Origin: Octopus sinensis
Lineage: Eukaryota
DNA: 64,000 nt
NCBI RefSeq assembly: GCF_006345805.1
Contig: NC_042997.1
Location: 97,216,001-97,280,000, forward strand
Reading direction: 5' to 3'
The position numbers and the translations under genes were made by a program. How positions within the stretch are numbered: position 1 is the stretch's first letter; every line of letters begins with the position of its first letter. The notes under the pieces were generated by a model. The model saw only the letters and a program-made list of their open reading frames with translations. It searched no databases and was not told the origin of the DNA. Shown piece after piece: positions 39,795 to 52,248 of this stretch.

Positions 39795-39945
39795 AGGTCG
39801 AGTGACACGTAGAGGTTGCCTCATTGGCTCGCGGGCGGAAATACAAAACGATAAGGCGGGTGCATTTAACGTTTATCTCACGAATAAGATTGGCGGACTA
39901 AACTACAAATCGCGGGTCACGCTATTTTTCGAAATTGCGAGCAAC
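39795..39945. promoter_or_regulatory. Promoter-like CpG-rich island
   Basis: ATTGG (CCAAT) boxes at 39823 and 39889; GC-box/E2F-like gcgggcggaaa at 39831; ACTACAaatc (ZNF143-associated motif-like) at 39902; located next to the CpG-depletion boundary. Confidence 0.5.
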
Positions 39946-40108
39946 TTTACCTCTTTAACTAAAGCTGCTTTCTCATTTAGAATTTTAATTTGTAACAAAA
40001 AGCAGGAATGTTATTAAATCTACTAAATCATAAAATAAGCATATTTGTACTGCCCTACAGACAATCATTAAACCCAAACAATATATATATTTTATATATA
40101 TATATATA

Positions 40109-40474
40109 GGCGCAGGAGTGGCTGTGTGGTAAGTAGCTTGCTAACCAACCACATGGTTCCGGGTTCAGTCCCACTGCGTGGCATCTTGGGCAAGAGTCTT
40201 CTGCTATAGCCCCGGGCCGACCAATGCCTTGTGAGTGGATTTGGTAGACGGAAACTGAAAGAAGCCCGTCGTATATATGTATATATATATGTGTGTGTGT
40301 ATGTGTTTGTGTCTGTGTTTGTCCCCCTAGCATTGCTTGACAACCGATGCTGGTGTGTTTACGTCCCCGTCACTTAGCGGTTCGGCAAAAGAGACCGATA
40401 GAATAAGTACTGGCGGTGCTCCAGCATGGCCGCAGTCAAATGACTGAAACAAGTAAAAGAGTAAAAGAGTAAGA

Positions 40475-40476
<2 letters not shown>
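40109..40476 (+). mobile_element. SINE family 1, CpG-intact copy with a short internal deletion
   Basis: ggcgcaggagtggctgtgtgg..gggttcagtcc; lacks the segment between aagtactgg and cggtgctcc that other copies have. Confidence 0.92.
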
Positions 40477-40511
<35 letters not shown>

Positions 40512-40512
<1 letters not shown>

Positions 40513-40702
40513 TGTTGTGTCTGAGGAGAGTCATTTTCTTTTTGTGCCTCATAATGTAATATAAGAAATAAGTGGAAATTTTACCGGTGCGTGTGTTACA
40601 TTATAAGGCACAAAAAGAAAATGACTCTCCCCAGACACAACAGAATAGGCTTCAACACACAAACTCATATAAAGAACCTTGCAAACCAAATCCAAAAACG
40701 AT
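40512..40702. repeat. Second inverted pair of the same short repeat, in a TA tract
   Basis: 40512-40560 is the reverse complement of about 40595-40645. Confidence 0.8.
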
Positions 40703-41790
40703 ATATATACTAGCAAAAGTTTCATTTTCGGCTACTTTCTAACACAATCTGTTATTTAAAGTGCAGCTTTTTTTATGAAATTGATCTGACGAACTAGTTC
40801 ACAAACAACTAGATAAAGTAGCAGACACTACGCGCATTACTACCCTGAAATTGGCGAACACGCTACTCACTGTTATTGTTTTGTTTTTTTCTGCTGCTTG
40901 CAAAAGTTATGATGTTTTGTTATTAATGCTACCTGTAAATTAATATATCAACACAATTACTTCAATTGTGGCTACAGCTGAAATAGGTCGCGATGGAAAT
41001 AAGAGAAGGAAGATGTACGCAGGGAAAACGATGTTCCCCTCTTTTACATTCAGCTCAAGTGGGTGGGGTTGGATTGTAGCGTCAAGCTCCACTCTTACCC
41101 AACCTCCGCTTTAAAAACTTTAAGGAGCTCATAGTCCCTAAAAACCCATTTCCCTCTATAAATAGGTTTCCGTGCAGTACTTAAACTATAGTTTGTTTGT
41201 TTTTTGGGGGTTTTTTTCTTAGCCCTCTCCCTCACAAACACACATACGCAATGTACTTGACAACTAAGGCGGAAAACATTTTAATTCACAATTTACGATG
41301 TACACACTGTCCACTTGACTAAAATATATATTACCAATGCAAAATTAAGAATCAATTTTCATGTTTGTCTTTTACCAAATCTGATTAGCTTATGTTAATA
41401 TACTAAAAAAAGGTGCAATTACCAGTTATGTTATTATTGATTGATTGATTGATTGATTGACAGACAGACAGACAGATAGATAGATAGATAGACAGAGCAA
41501 TGCTGCTCAAAGCTGTGAATGTGGTACAAACTTAAATGATAATATTGAAGCTTTATGTTGCCGATATACATCACAGTTCAGGGAAATAAGATAACCCAAC
41601 AGTTCCGAGTTTAATCCCCACTAAATGTGACATTTCAAAAACAGCAGAACATCTAGGAGTCATGATTTTTAAGTGAATCCGGCTCCATTCGAGTGTCGGG
41701 AACTAAGGGCCGAAACACTTGCTTGGCGGGCGTTCTTCCCCAGAAGATTTCTTCTGCTGTCCGCTCGCCTTGTAGCTTATTTCCACTTAC

Positions 41791-41871
41791 TATATTAACT
41801 GGTCTGTTCACCGACCTGCCTCCTATATGGATGTATTGGGTGTCACAACACCTGCTATCTCGTTGAAACTC
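41791..41871 (-). CDS. Candidate exon 2 (81 nt, phase 0-0); the frame stays open to a stop at 41653 if the donor is skipped
   Basis: ttttcttacag|GAG... EFQRDSRCCDTQYIHIGGRSVNRPVNI |GTAAGT; only frame 0 is open, matching the phase of exon 1. Confidence 0.4.
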
Positions 41872-42352
41872 CTGTAAGAAATTTTCTGCAAAGTGTACTA
41901 ACACATTTTTAATCTGGAAAATCCATTCCAGTCTCACAGAAAATAATCCTAGATACTCCAAACCCTGAATAATTTGTGAAATAATGGAAAGATTGGATGT
42001 AGACACGAAATAGTAATTCTTTTTATACATGGCAGAGGGCATGAAATTTGGGAAGAGGGGGAGCTATCGTTTACATCGACCCCAGTACTCAATGGGTACT
42101 TTATCTTATCAACCCTGAAAAGATACAAACGATTCTACTAGTCCGCCGCCGTTAGACACGAAATAATAATAATTTCTTACATGGGAACAATGCCAAAAAT
42201 TTTGCGGTAAAATAACAGTTGATTATATTGATCTCAATGCTTGACGAAGTACTTTATTTTATCGTCCCGGAGGGATTACAGACTAAGTCGACTTCGGCAG
42301 GATTTTAACTCAATACGTAAAGGGGAGTGACTCAAAAATCGCATGGCATTTT

Positions 42353-42468
42353 GGAGAAAGTAAAGAATATGTACACCCGGTATTTAGAGTTAGGGTTTAA
42401 AGTTAGTGATAAGGGTTAGGGTTTTGTTACGCCGAAAACAGGTGGTGTACATATTCATCACCTCCGCC
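42353..42468. mobile_element. Merlin-like 116-bp MITE with telomere-like repeats, inserted in a SINE
   Basis: 25-bp GG-initiated imperfect TIRs; exact 8-bp TSD ggcatttt (42345-42352 and 42469-42476); gttaggg units inside. Confidence 0.75.
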
Positions 42469-43908
42469 GGCATTTTATCCAACACCCTAACGATTTTATC
42501 AATACACAAACGTTTTATCTACATTTTATATTGTCTTGTTATGTTTCTGTTGTCGTCCTATTCTGTTATTTTTATGAATTCATGTCTCGTTTTGTCTTTT
42601 GCTTTCATCGTTCTGCTCATTATATAGGCCCATACATAACTCATCATTTATTAATCAATAAGTTAGCATTTCTGAAAAGCCGTCAATATTACCAAGTGCA
42701 ATACTCACTTGAGACCAACGGTAACATTTTAATCAGTTATACATCATAATCAGTAAGTATATTATTTGACGATAGATAAATAGGGCAAGGCTTCCTTTTG
42801 TACCCCCACCAAATACCCCTTTTTATTTATTTATTTATTTTTCTGAGGAAGTCTTTCCATAAATAGATAGATACGTTAACATGAGAAATCAGATATGGGT
42901 GGTTATGGCATCCGCCCTTTCTCAACGGCTCTGAAAATAAGAGAATCAGTAAAATCGAACAGCAGAAGCAATTGTTCGAGAAATCACACACAAGCATGCA
43001 TTGTCATCGCTAGAATTGGTTGGTAGGGAAAAATTACAGAAGTAATGTTTATTGGTAAAAAAAGATATCGATAAAATAAAGGCTAGCGATGGTGGGGCTG
43101 CATTTTAAAACAGATTTAGCTGCTAATTCTTGCAGGTCCAGCGTCCGAGTAAAGGCCATAATACCAAGGACTCTGAGCCTGTTGTGGCCGTCGGGGCCCA
43201 ACACTGTGGCCTTCGGTAAGAAGTATAGATTCTGCATTTTAAAAAAATGCTGATTATATAGTGTACTTAGCTGTTTCGAAAGTCTGTATGTTTATTCTAA
43301 TGTTCTTATATTCTTCAAAAGTATTTTGAAAACTTTGTTATTTTTATAATTACAACATTTCACAATAAATGTAATTATATTTATAAATGTAATTATATTT
43401 ATTAAATAAATTTTTCTTTGGTGCAAATTTAGATTTCATTTAATTCAGGGATTGCCCTCAGATATAAAAAAATTGTTCGCCACCAGGAACTAAACTAATA
43501 CGAGCGATGCCCTCCAAGCTCCCCCGAAAAGTTGCTTTTAAGTTTACGACAGATCAACAAACATTCTTCATTTCACATTTTCCTTTTAATTGAGTCGGTC
43601 GTTTGAAATTTGTCAAAGGGTTGCTAACACAAACAAATAAAGCTGAGGGAAGGAACTTGGGGGAGGGACTGTAGCACGCATGTTTCTCTCCACGAATATC
43701 AGCTACTAAAGAGAAGAGAATCAAGAACCGTCCCAAGAATATACAAACTTGCGTACACACACAAGCGTCGCCCCCGCCCCAGGTGTGCGACTAACCCTGC
43801 ATGCATCTATGTTTATGTTTATAAATGTAAATCTCTACATACGATTGTATATACATGTATTTCAAAAGTGTGTCTGCAATAAATTAATGAATAAATAATT
43901 CGTCTTAC

Positions 43909-43980
43909 CCGATCTAATTCTCGCTGAATTTCGGATTGAAGAGCAATTTCTTCATCGTTATCAAATATTCGTCTCGGCAT
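43909..43980 (-). CDS. Probable first coding exon of an unidentified host gene (MPRRIFDNDEEIALQSEIQRELDR)
   Basis: ATG with A at -3; in-frame upstream TAA (44037-44035); 24 protein-like codons; donor CGG|GTAAGA. Confidence 0.6.
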
Positions 43981-44927
43981 AGTTCCAGTGTTACAAAATG
44001 AGTAAAAACCAAAAACCGAACAAAAAGTAGTAAATTATCCGATGAAACTTTCGAATTAAAATAAACCGAAGATAGGGATTTTGTTTCACGAAAATATATA
44101 CATGTAAATATATATTTTCATAACTAACTATAACTACGTCTTCTGTTTTACATAAAAACTCCTCACAGAACTAGTAATAAGTATGAAGAATATGTATACT
44201 TTTACATATAAATGTACGGTTGAAGTGCATGAAAGTAAGTTTACGCAGTGATGAAATATAGATATTTGTTTTCCAAGGCAAAATATACTAAAACAAAATA
44301 CAGAAACTAAGATGTTTAAAGAGAATTTGTCTCTTTCTTCTCTCTTTTCTTTCTTCTGATATAGATATAACTATAAATGTCGAACAGAAGTAAAAATTCA
44401 CGATAAGTATGAATGCATATGTGTATATATAGACATCACGTAGCGATAGATATAAGTTATAGTCGCTTAGTAGCAGTTCAAATTATAGAGTGAGAGAGAA
44501 GAGAAAATAAAAGTGCGCCGACGGCAACTAGACAGCTTGATATGAGAAGTAACGTGGATACGCATATACAAACGCGCGCACATGTACTCACACATACACA
44601 GGTCCACACCCACATTCACACACGCCACATTCACATGCACACACATACACTTTTATTACAAATAAAATTTTCGCTTCACTAGCCCATGATGAAATGCAAA
44701 AAAATAAAACGTGTCTATAAGTAACAAAATATATAATTAAAACAAAAAAAGGTAAATACAATTTTATGTCTTTCATAGTATTAGTAAAACCTTTAAGCTA
44801 TTACAAACAGTTAATTAAGGTATGTGGTCACGCATGAGCAACAAGTATGAGCGCTTTTCCAGGTAGATATTTTGAAGTTCACTTTGCCCGCGTAAACACT
44901 CGTTAGTTGTCAGTCACTTGAAACAAA

Positions 44928-44976
<49 letters not shown>

Positions 44977-45339
44977 ATATATATATATATATATATCTTT
45001 CTATCCATTCCTCTATCTCTATCCGTCCGTCCATCCATCTATCTATCTTAGCAAGCTATCACCTTCTCTTATCTCTAGTTTGTTTACAGTAACTGTTTAA
45101 TATTGTTAAACTTTTTACTTCTTCTGTCTATTATAGCTATGGTAACACCAGTACTGGATTTTGGCCTAAGCTAAACGAGCTGCACTTGGTGCCTTATTAT
45201 CCACAGAGACCGCAAAATTATCGAAAGGCACGTTTTCAATTTTTAAGAGACTTGGTACTATTTTTTTAAGCAAGCGGCCTTCAGCTTTATAAAATTTAGG
45301 GCTAAGTCTAAATCCAACAGTGTAACACAACTTCTTACC

Positions 45340-45658
45340 CAGCGGTTATCAACTGCGATCTATATGACCTCTTAGGACCCATATGAGACTTTGTGGGAAC
45401 CCACGATCCACAGTAGTATTTTAAGGGCCCCTGGTAAAAGTTTGCTATGGACGTATATACTGATATGTGTTGCAAGAAGCAGCTAGGTTAATTTCTCAAA
45501 CATTTTACATGAGTTAACGTGTGTAAAGCAAAATATGAATTTTGAAAGAAGTTTCTATAAAACTAGTTTTTAAACATCGAGTGTCTGTGGGGATCCACCA
45601 GAATAAAATAATAATCAAAGGGGTCCATGAATTAAAAAAAAATGGTTGAGAACATCTG
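45340..45658. mobile_element. hAT-like MITE
   Basis: Ends cagcggttatcaac / gttgagaacatctg; 8-bp flanks ttcttacc / ctctaacc (6 of 8 match). Confidence 0.7.
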
Positions 45659-45713
45659 CTCTAACCCCAAAACATTATCTTTCCTCCTTTCTCTCTACCT
45701 CTTTCACCTCCTC

Positions 45714-45756
<43 letters not shown>

Positions 45757-46146
45757 ACTCTCTCGACAGTATAACGCCCTGCTCCTACGCGCTAGTTTCT
45801 TTTCCTACCTCCTCCATTGAAGCCCGTCTCTCCTCTCGATGCCCATTCTATATCTCACTCGATTCTTTCTTCACAGATTGTCAACTCTCAGAAATTCTCC
45901 CTCTCCTGCAGATATTGATTTACATATGCTTGTAATATCTGTAAGATGAACATAAGCCACATCCATCTCACTCGTCTCGGATGGCCTGTGAGAATCATGA
46001 ATACTGCCAGTCCCACAAAATAAACACAAGGAGACAATTATGCAGTGTCATCCAGAGTACACTAGTTAATGCCAACAAGAAGATAATGAAATAGCTGTAA
46101 TTATATTAGGAAAGTTTTGTTTTTTTTTTAATCATATTTAGAAGAT

Positions 46147-46975
46147 TGTAGTGGATCTTGCATGCATGAAGTGGATTCGATCCACCATAGCCAAATTTAA
46201 ATTAACACTGCAACAGAACTTTTTCCCAAATTGGAACAATGGTTTTTCTCTGACAGCAGTTTTACATTTTCCAGATGCCTTCAGCTTGGCCGAAATAATG
46301 TCTTCTCCACTTGACCCTTTCTAACCTCTTCTACTTCACCAAAAGCTAGAATAGAGATAACAAGACCACCAACTAAATGTATTGTTCTCAATGATATGTC
46401 TATCCTTCTGGATAGCTATAAAAAGCAAGAACACCCCAAGCAAAAATCAGTTAGTCACAGTCGGTGACGAATCAACGAGTCCAGTCACATGGTGACGACT
46501 CAACCAGTTAGTCACTACAGTGCCAACGAAGTCTGGCTGACCATCATTGGTCAGAGGGAGAAATGAAGCTTACTGTCAGCAACTGTAAGACAACGTCCCA
46601 CACCCTACAACTCTCACTAGCTCTAATTCTGTTCTCTTATAACATCATTCTATCGCTATCGGTGGATTACTACTAACTATTCGTATACGCCAAACTAAGT
46701 AAATAAACATCCTTCCGCATCTAACTTTCTTTTGCATGCTTTTGGATTTATCATAACCTGCCTGTCGAGGCAAGGTATTGAATCGTAACGGCAAATAAAC
46801 TTTATGCATTGTTCATCTTTCACATCCTACAGTATGCGATTATAACAAAAAATTTTTATCGTTACAACTGCTGACTCCGACATTTCATAATAATGTTTAC
46901 TAATCAATCTTACCCGTTACAATTGGTAACTACACCAAAATAAAATCCTTATCGTTACAATTGGTGACCCTCGAC
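46147..46975 (+). mobile_element. Gypsy-type LTR relic followed by three LTR-end/PBS units
   Basis: TGTAG start; TATAAAA at about 46417 with TCAGTT about 30 nt downstream; AATAAA; cgttaca plus tRNA-Trp-like PBS (consensus tggtgaccccgac) at 46869, 46924 and 46962. No TSD found. Confidence 0.6.
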
Positions 46976-47631
46976 TTCAACTAAAAACTTCATCATTACA
47001 AGATGATCTACTGCTAGTTCCTTCGCTCCTGGAGTTGAGCTTAAAGAGATGATATGAAAGAATATCGATGATAAGATGCAGTGAGCGTAGTGAAATACAG
47101 TGTTATGCTTTTGTATTGATATATCACGTTTTAGTTTCCCGGTTGAAATTATATGCCGTTAATGTTCTTTGAAAAAACTTTTTGTGAATCAAATCTTAGC
47201 AAGTTTCATAGAGATGAGGTAAGGAATCGAAATAAGTGATGCAGTTCTTTAAGTTCCACGTTTTCCTTGATAGGACATGCAGGTCTGATCAACTGCATTC
47301 CAGTCGAGATCATCCTGTTTTTCTCAGGCAGAGTGCACTCGGAACGAATGCAGACGGTAGGATATGGTTTGAGGAGAACGTAACCGGCATTTCTAGCACG
47401 TCGAGTGACAGGGGAGTAAAGGCTACCTCACCAGTTTGCCAGGACATGGCTTTCAGCAATGCTGTTTCGGTAGTTGAAGTCATCATTTTCCTTCGTTTGA
47501 CGATGAACAACTGAAATTCTTTTGATACCTACAAACACCACTAGTTTTCTTATTTTCTCTTTTGTTACATATTAAAATACACTAGACACAAATATCAAGA
47601 TATACATATAAAATACTATATACATATACAA

Positions 47632-47858
47632 TACCTATTTCTTTATTACCCACCAGGGGCTAAACATAGAGGGGACAAACAAGGACAGACAAACGGATTT
47701 AGTCGATTACATCGACTCCAGTGCGTAACTGGTACTTAATTTATCGACCCCGAAAGGATGAAAGGCAAAGTCGGCCTTGGCGGAATTTGAACTCACAACG
47801 TAACGGCAGACGAAATACCGCTAAGCATTTCGCCCTAACGTTTCTGCCAGCTCGCCGT
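47632..47858 (-). mobile_element. SINE family 3, CpG-intact
   Basis: Head ggcgagctggcagaaacgttag, B-box-like gagttcaaattcc, central ctttcatcctttcggggtcgataaa. Confidence 0.88.
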
Positions 47859-48858
47859 GGCACTAAATGCAAGTGTAACACGGAAAAAAATACTAAGAAA
47901 ATCATCAAAACATTGGCTGCTTTCACCCGAGATTTTTGTGTCATCGGAAACGAAGGAACTTTACGAAGAGAACCGCCGCGAAGACTTCAAGGCATAAATA
48001 ATGACAGAATAAACAATGCAACTGACTGGCTACAACCAGTTAAATCATCATTATGCAAAAAGTAGTAATGTGATTGATAAGAGGAAGGAGAAAACGAGGA
48101 AGACCAAGGGCTGCATGTTTATTAAGATATTCTGGTTGCAGGAGCTGAAAGCTGTCAACGGGAGAACGTAAAAAACGAATACGCAACCGACCTTTAAATT
48201 TATAAGTACAAACCATTCGACGGATTTCCACTCTGTTTCTGACTAGTCATTTTCACTCACAAGGTGTGCTTCCTATTGACTCTACAGAAAATTGCACTTG
48301 CCATGCAGCGTAATCGAAACCAAGACCGCATGATTGCTACAGCGAACGTCTTACCCACTCAGCCCTGAGAACTGCCATTCGATGGGTAAAAATGCTCAGG
48401 ATCAATTGACTGACTGATCAAAATAAGGTCAAAAATAAAAGTGGTATTTTATGTAGATGTAGTGAAGGCTTAGTGGTTAGGGCGTTGGACTCGTGATTGT
48501 AAGACTGTGGTTTCGATTCCTGGACAGGGTGATGCATTATATTCTTGAACTTCCTTCCATGTTGCTCCAGTCTACTAAGCTGACAAAAACGAGTATTCCT
48601 GCGACGGACCAGCCTTCCGTCTACTGGGGAATATATATGCCTCAGAAACCAGAAAACCGACCTTATCAGTCTATATGACTAGTGAAGGAACTTTATCTTT
48701 TTTGCACAGGCGTGGTCATGTGATAAAAAGTTTGCTACCTAAACACATCGTTCTGGGTTCAGTCCCACTGCGTGGCACCTTGGGTTGGTGTCTTCTACTA
48801 TACCTCGGGCCGACCACAGCATTGTGAGTAGATGTGGTTAACGGAAACTGGAAGGTCG

Positions 48859-48932
<74 letters not shown>

Positions 48933-49051
48933 ATATATTCAGATGAATTAGGTACTTAAGTTGAGGCACCAGAATTTAGTACGGTATTATCCATACAATT
49001 TCAAAATAAGGTGATTAAAATCAAAATAAGCAACAGGATATACAGAGGTAA

Positions 49052-49137
49052 TGCAGTGCGATCGTTTCAAGCAACTCCATTTAATTGAACAATGCAATCA
49101 TTACATCAGTTTAAATGCAGATCAATCCTCAGCTGCA
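49052..49137 (-). ncRNA. Hammerhead motif, cleavage triplet mutated (GCA)
   Basis: TGCAG-CTGAGGA...GAAA-CGATCG-CA-CTGCA. Confidence 0.55.
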
Positions 49138-49389
49138 TAAATACATAGAATTGAATTTAAACAGATGGACACATTAGTATAATTTTACCTAAAACCTCCA
49201 AGAAGGTAAGGAGATAGAAAGAACATGCTGTCTTTGAAGGTAAGGAGATAGACAAAGAACATGCTTCAGCTTCTGAGCTGAAGTGAAGACAGCATGTTCT
49301 TTTTCTATCTCCTTACCTTCTTGGAGGTTTTAGGTAAAATTATACTAATGTGTCCATCTGTTTTAATTTAATTTCATTCTATGTATTTA

Positions 49390-49475
49390 TGCAGCTGAAG
49401 ATTGGTCTGCATTTAAATTGATGTAATGGTTGCATTGTTCAATTAAATGGAGTTGCTTGAAACGATCGTACTGTA
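49390..49475 (+). ncRNA. Hammerhead motif, GUA site, weak base of stem II
   Basis: TGCAG-CTGAAGA (49395)...GAAA (49459)-CGATCG-TA-CTGTA. Confidence 0.65.
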
Positions 49476-49505
49476 TTACCTCTGGATATCCTGTTGCTTA
49501 TTTTG

Positions 49506-49589
<84 letters not shown>

Positions 49590-49639
49590 CATGCACACAC
49601 ACACACGCAATCATTATTTGTGACAGAAGTAGTTTAGTT

Positions 49640-50027
49640 CAAAACAGCTATCTGTGTATCATGCTTAAAGCAGAAACATCTATAGCGGTATTCGTCTCAA
49701 AGAAACATCTCTTATAGATGTATGGTATGAAAGAAGTACATAAATATATCAGAAGTAGACGATAATCATGCGTCTTTCTGCCTCTTTTCGCTTCGTCAGT
49801 AACAAATATCCATTGGCATTTCCATGCTAAGACAAAATCAGCCACCACTGACACTATAAAACAGTAAACCATCTCTACTGGTTGATTTTCCTCTACTATT
49901 GATAATATTTCTGTGTTTTTTGATACTATACCTCTATAAGAAGTGCTTTCTCGAAACGAATACCGCAGTTTAGACGGCTTTCATTGATGTATATGCTTTA
50001 AGTATGGTACACAGATTGCCATTTTGC
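49640..50027. mobile_element. Decayed MITE with long imperfect TIRs
   Basis: atctgtgtatcatgcttaaagca / tgctttaagtatggtacacagat and gcggtattcgt / acgaataccgc. Confidence 0.6.
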
Positions 50028-50620
50028 GTAAAGGATACACGTGTTTGTGTAATACTCAACGACTTGCACGTTAAATGAATAAACTGGTTCAGTTGACCGA
50101 ACAGCTCAATACTAGTCGTCGAAAACCGACGAAGATCCATTTATTAGTCAACTGAAATTTATCCAACAAGGTCAAAACTGCCATGCACACACGCGTTATG
50201 CTCACCGTAGGCTTACATTCTCCACAAAGCACAAAAATAATAATAACAATAACTGGATATCTTAAGTGACCTCATAAACTAGTTCCACTTGGTTACATTT
50301 CAAACGAAAAAAAATTGCCTCGCACACCCCCGCACACACGTTTATGAGCGAATATATGTAGGTGTGTATTTATGGACGAGTATTAATATTTTTGTGTAGA
50401 CATTTTTTCTTTTATACATTACCCTGGCATTCACGAATGCATCGAGATCGACACAAATGCATACACACAATCAGAGTCATAGACGCACACACACACACAC
50501 AAACAAACACACTAATATAATGCATATACACATGTATGTGTATATATATATATTTGTTTATATATTCATGTGTATGCGCGTATGTTTTATATACGTATTT
50601 CTCTTTCTCCCTTTCTCCCC

Positions 50621-50704
<84 letters not shown>

Positions 50705-51007
50705 CTGTTATTCTTTTACTTGTTTCAATCATTTGACTGCGGCCTCAGCTGGAGCACCACCGTAAAGGGTTTAGTCGAAGAAATCGACCCCAGGACTTAT
50801 TCTTTGTAAGCCTATTACTTATTCTATCGGTCTCTTTTGCCGAACTTCTAAATTACGGGGACGTTAACACACCAACATCAGTTGTCAAATGATGGGGGGG
50901 GGCGGACAAACACAGACACAAACACATAAATACACACACACACACACACATAAACATATATATATATCTGTATATATAAAAGGCAAGATGTGTTTATGTC
51001 TGTGTAT

Positions 51008-51084
<77 letters not shown>

Positions 51085-51099
51085 TGAATGTAGTTTATA

Positions 51100-51610
51100 C
51101 ACGTCTACAAATTAGCAGGCATGTCGCTCCAATTTTAGGAAGACATTCGTCATGATCGTAGCTGTATTTTCGTCAACTTATTTTCCCCAGAGGCACCAGC
51201 GAATAGCAGTAAAAATAAATTTTGAACCAAAACTTTTAACAATTTTCAAGTCGGAGAAATCACGATTGTTTGCAAACAGGAGTTAAGTCCCCTTCAAGCG
51301 ACGAGTAAGTTTTCGTTAAGACTTTTGTTGTTCTTTTTTTCCATCGATGTAAAAAGTGTTTTGTTGATATACGGCAACAGACACACACACACACACGAAC
51401 ATGTATGCGTACAAAAACATGTATGCAATATGTGTACGTACGTACGTGTGTGTGTGTGTGTGTGTTGCCCATATATATATATATAAACCAATTTCAACGG
51501 ATTTCTCCCAAATTTGTCGTCGATGTTACTTAGTTTGGTTTGAAATAAAGACCTTGATTAGCTTAATAATCCTAACTTATTCCCGGACAAAGCCGGATTA
51601 TACTGCTAAC
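51100..51610 (+). mobile_element. Possible non-autonomous Helitron-like element
   Basis: 3' hairpin ccggacaaagccgg followed by ctgctaa (CTRR-like); internal microsatellite; 5' end not defined. Confidence 0.35.
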
Positions 51611-52065
51611 ACAAAATGGGACAAGAACGGAAAACATCCGGACAACTAGGTGATACAAAAAGGGACAACAAAACATCCAAATAGATGATACAGAGAAAAC
51701 AAGGACGGGTCATACGAAGTTTTCTATCTTCGGTCAAGCACCAGATTATCCTCGCAATTTCGGCTGATTATTCTTGAGATAGCTCCAATCTGGCCAGCCT
51801 CAAGGAAAAACTAAGCCAAGCATTAGATTCCTTGGAAGAAAGCAGCGAATGTATACAAAAACAAGGACGGAAAAAACGGACAATGTTACACAAATATAAA
51901 TACAATAAAAATAATAACAGGACATAACAACAGGTGTCTTTCGACTAAGGACGAATTGAATTAAGCTGGCGCGTGTGGAAATGAAGCTTTACGGCAGAGA
52001 TACAAAACTTTCACAAACACAGGGAAGAATATCGATATGGCGCAGACCACAGTCAGACCAAGAAA
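51610..52065 (-). mobile_element. PLE-type tail fragment with a degenerate hammerhead-like motif; second copy at 57895-58011
   Basis: CCTTGA-GGCTG..CAGCC-GAAA-TTGCGA-GG at 51810-51745; homology to the 57.9-kb copy. Confidence 0.5.
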
Positions 52066-52248
52066 GGGGTTTCTTTCAATTTCGGTTTACCAAATCCACT
52101 CGCAATGCTTTGGTAGACCCGAGGCTACAGTAGAAGACACTTGCCCAAGGTTCCACACAGTGGGACTGAACTTGGAACTATGTGGTTGGGAAGTAAGCTT
52201 CTTACCAAGCAGCCACGCCTACACCTATATGTGTGTGTGTGTATACAT

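Larger units (their letters stand above)
48935..49511. mobile_element. Head-to-head Penelope-type mini-element between long TA tracts
   Basis: Arms of about 220 bp (49016-49234 and 49287-49511); a hammerhead motif in each arm. Confidence 0.8.

Noticed and set aside
43785-43800. ctaaccct as a telomerase RNA template
   Set aside because: Isolated 8-mer; no pseudoknot or H/ACA features recognised.
47433-47510. Possible minus-strand exon (ttcag|...|gtgagg)
   Set aside because: Weak polypyrimidine tract and donor; no recognisable peptide.
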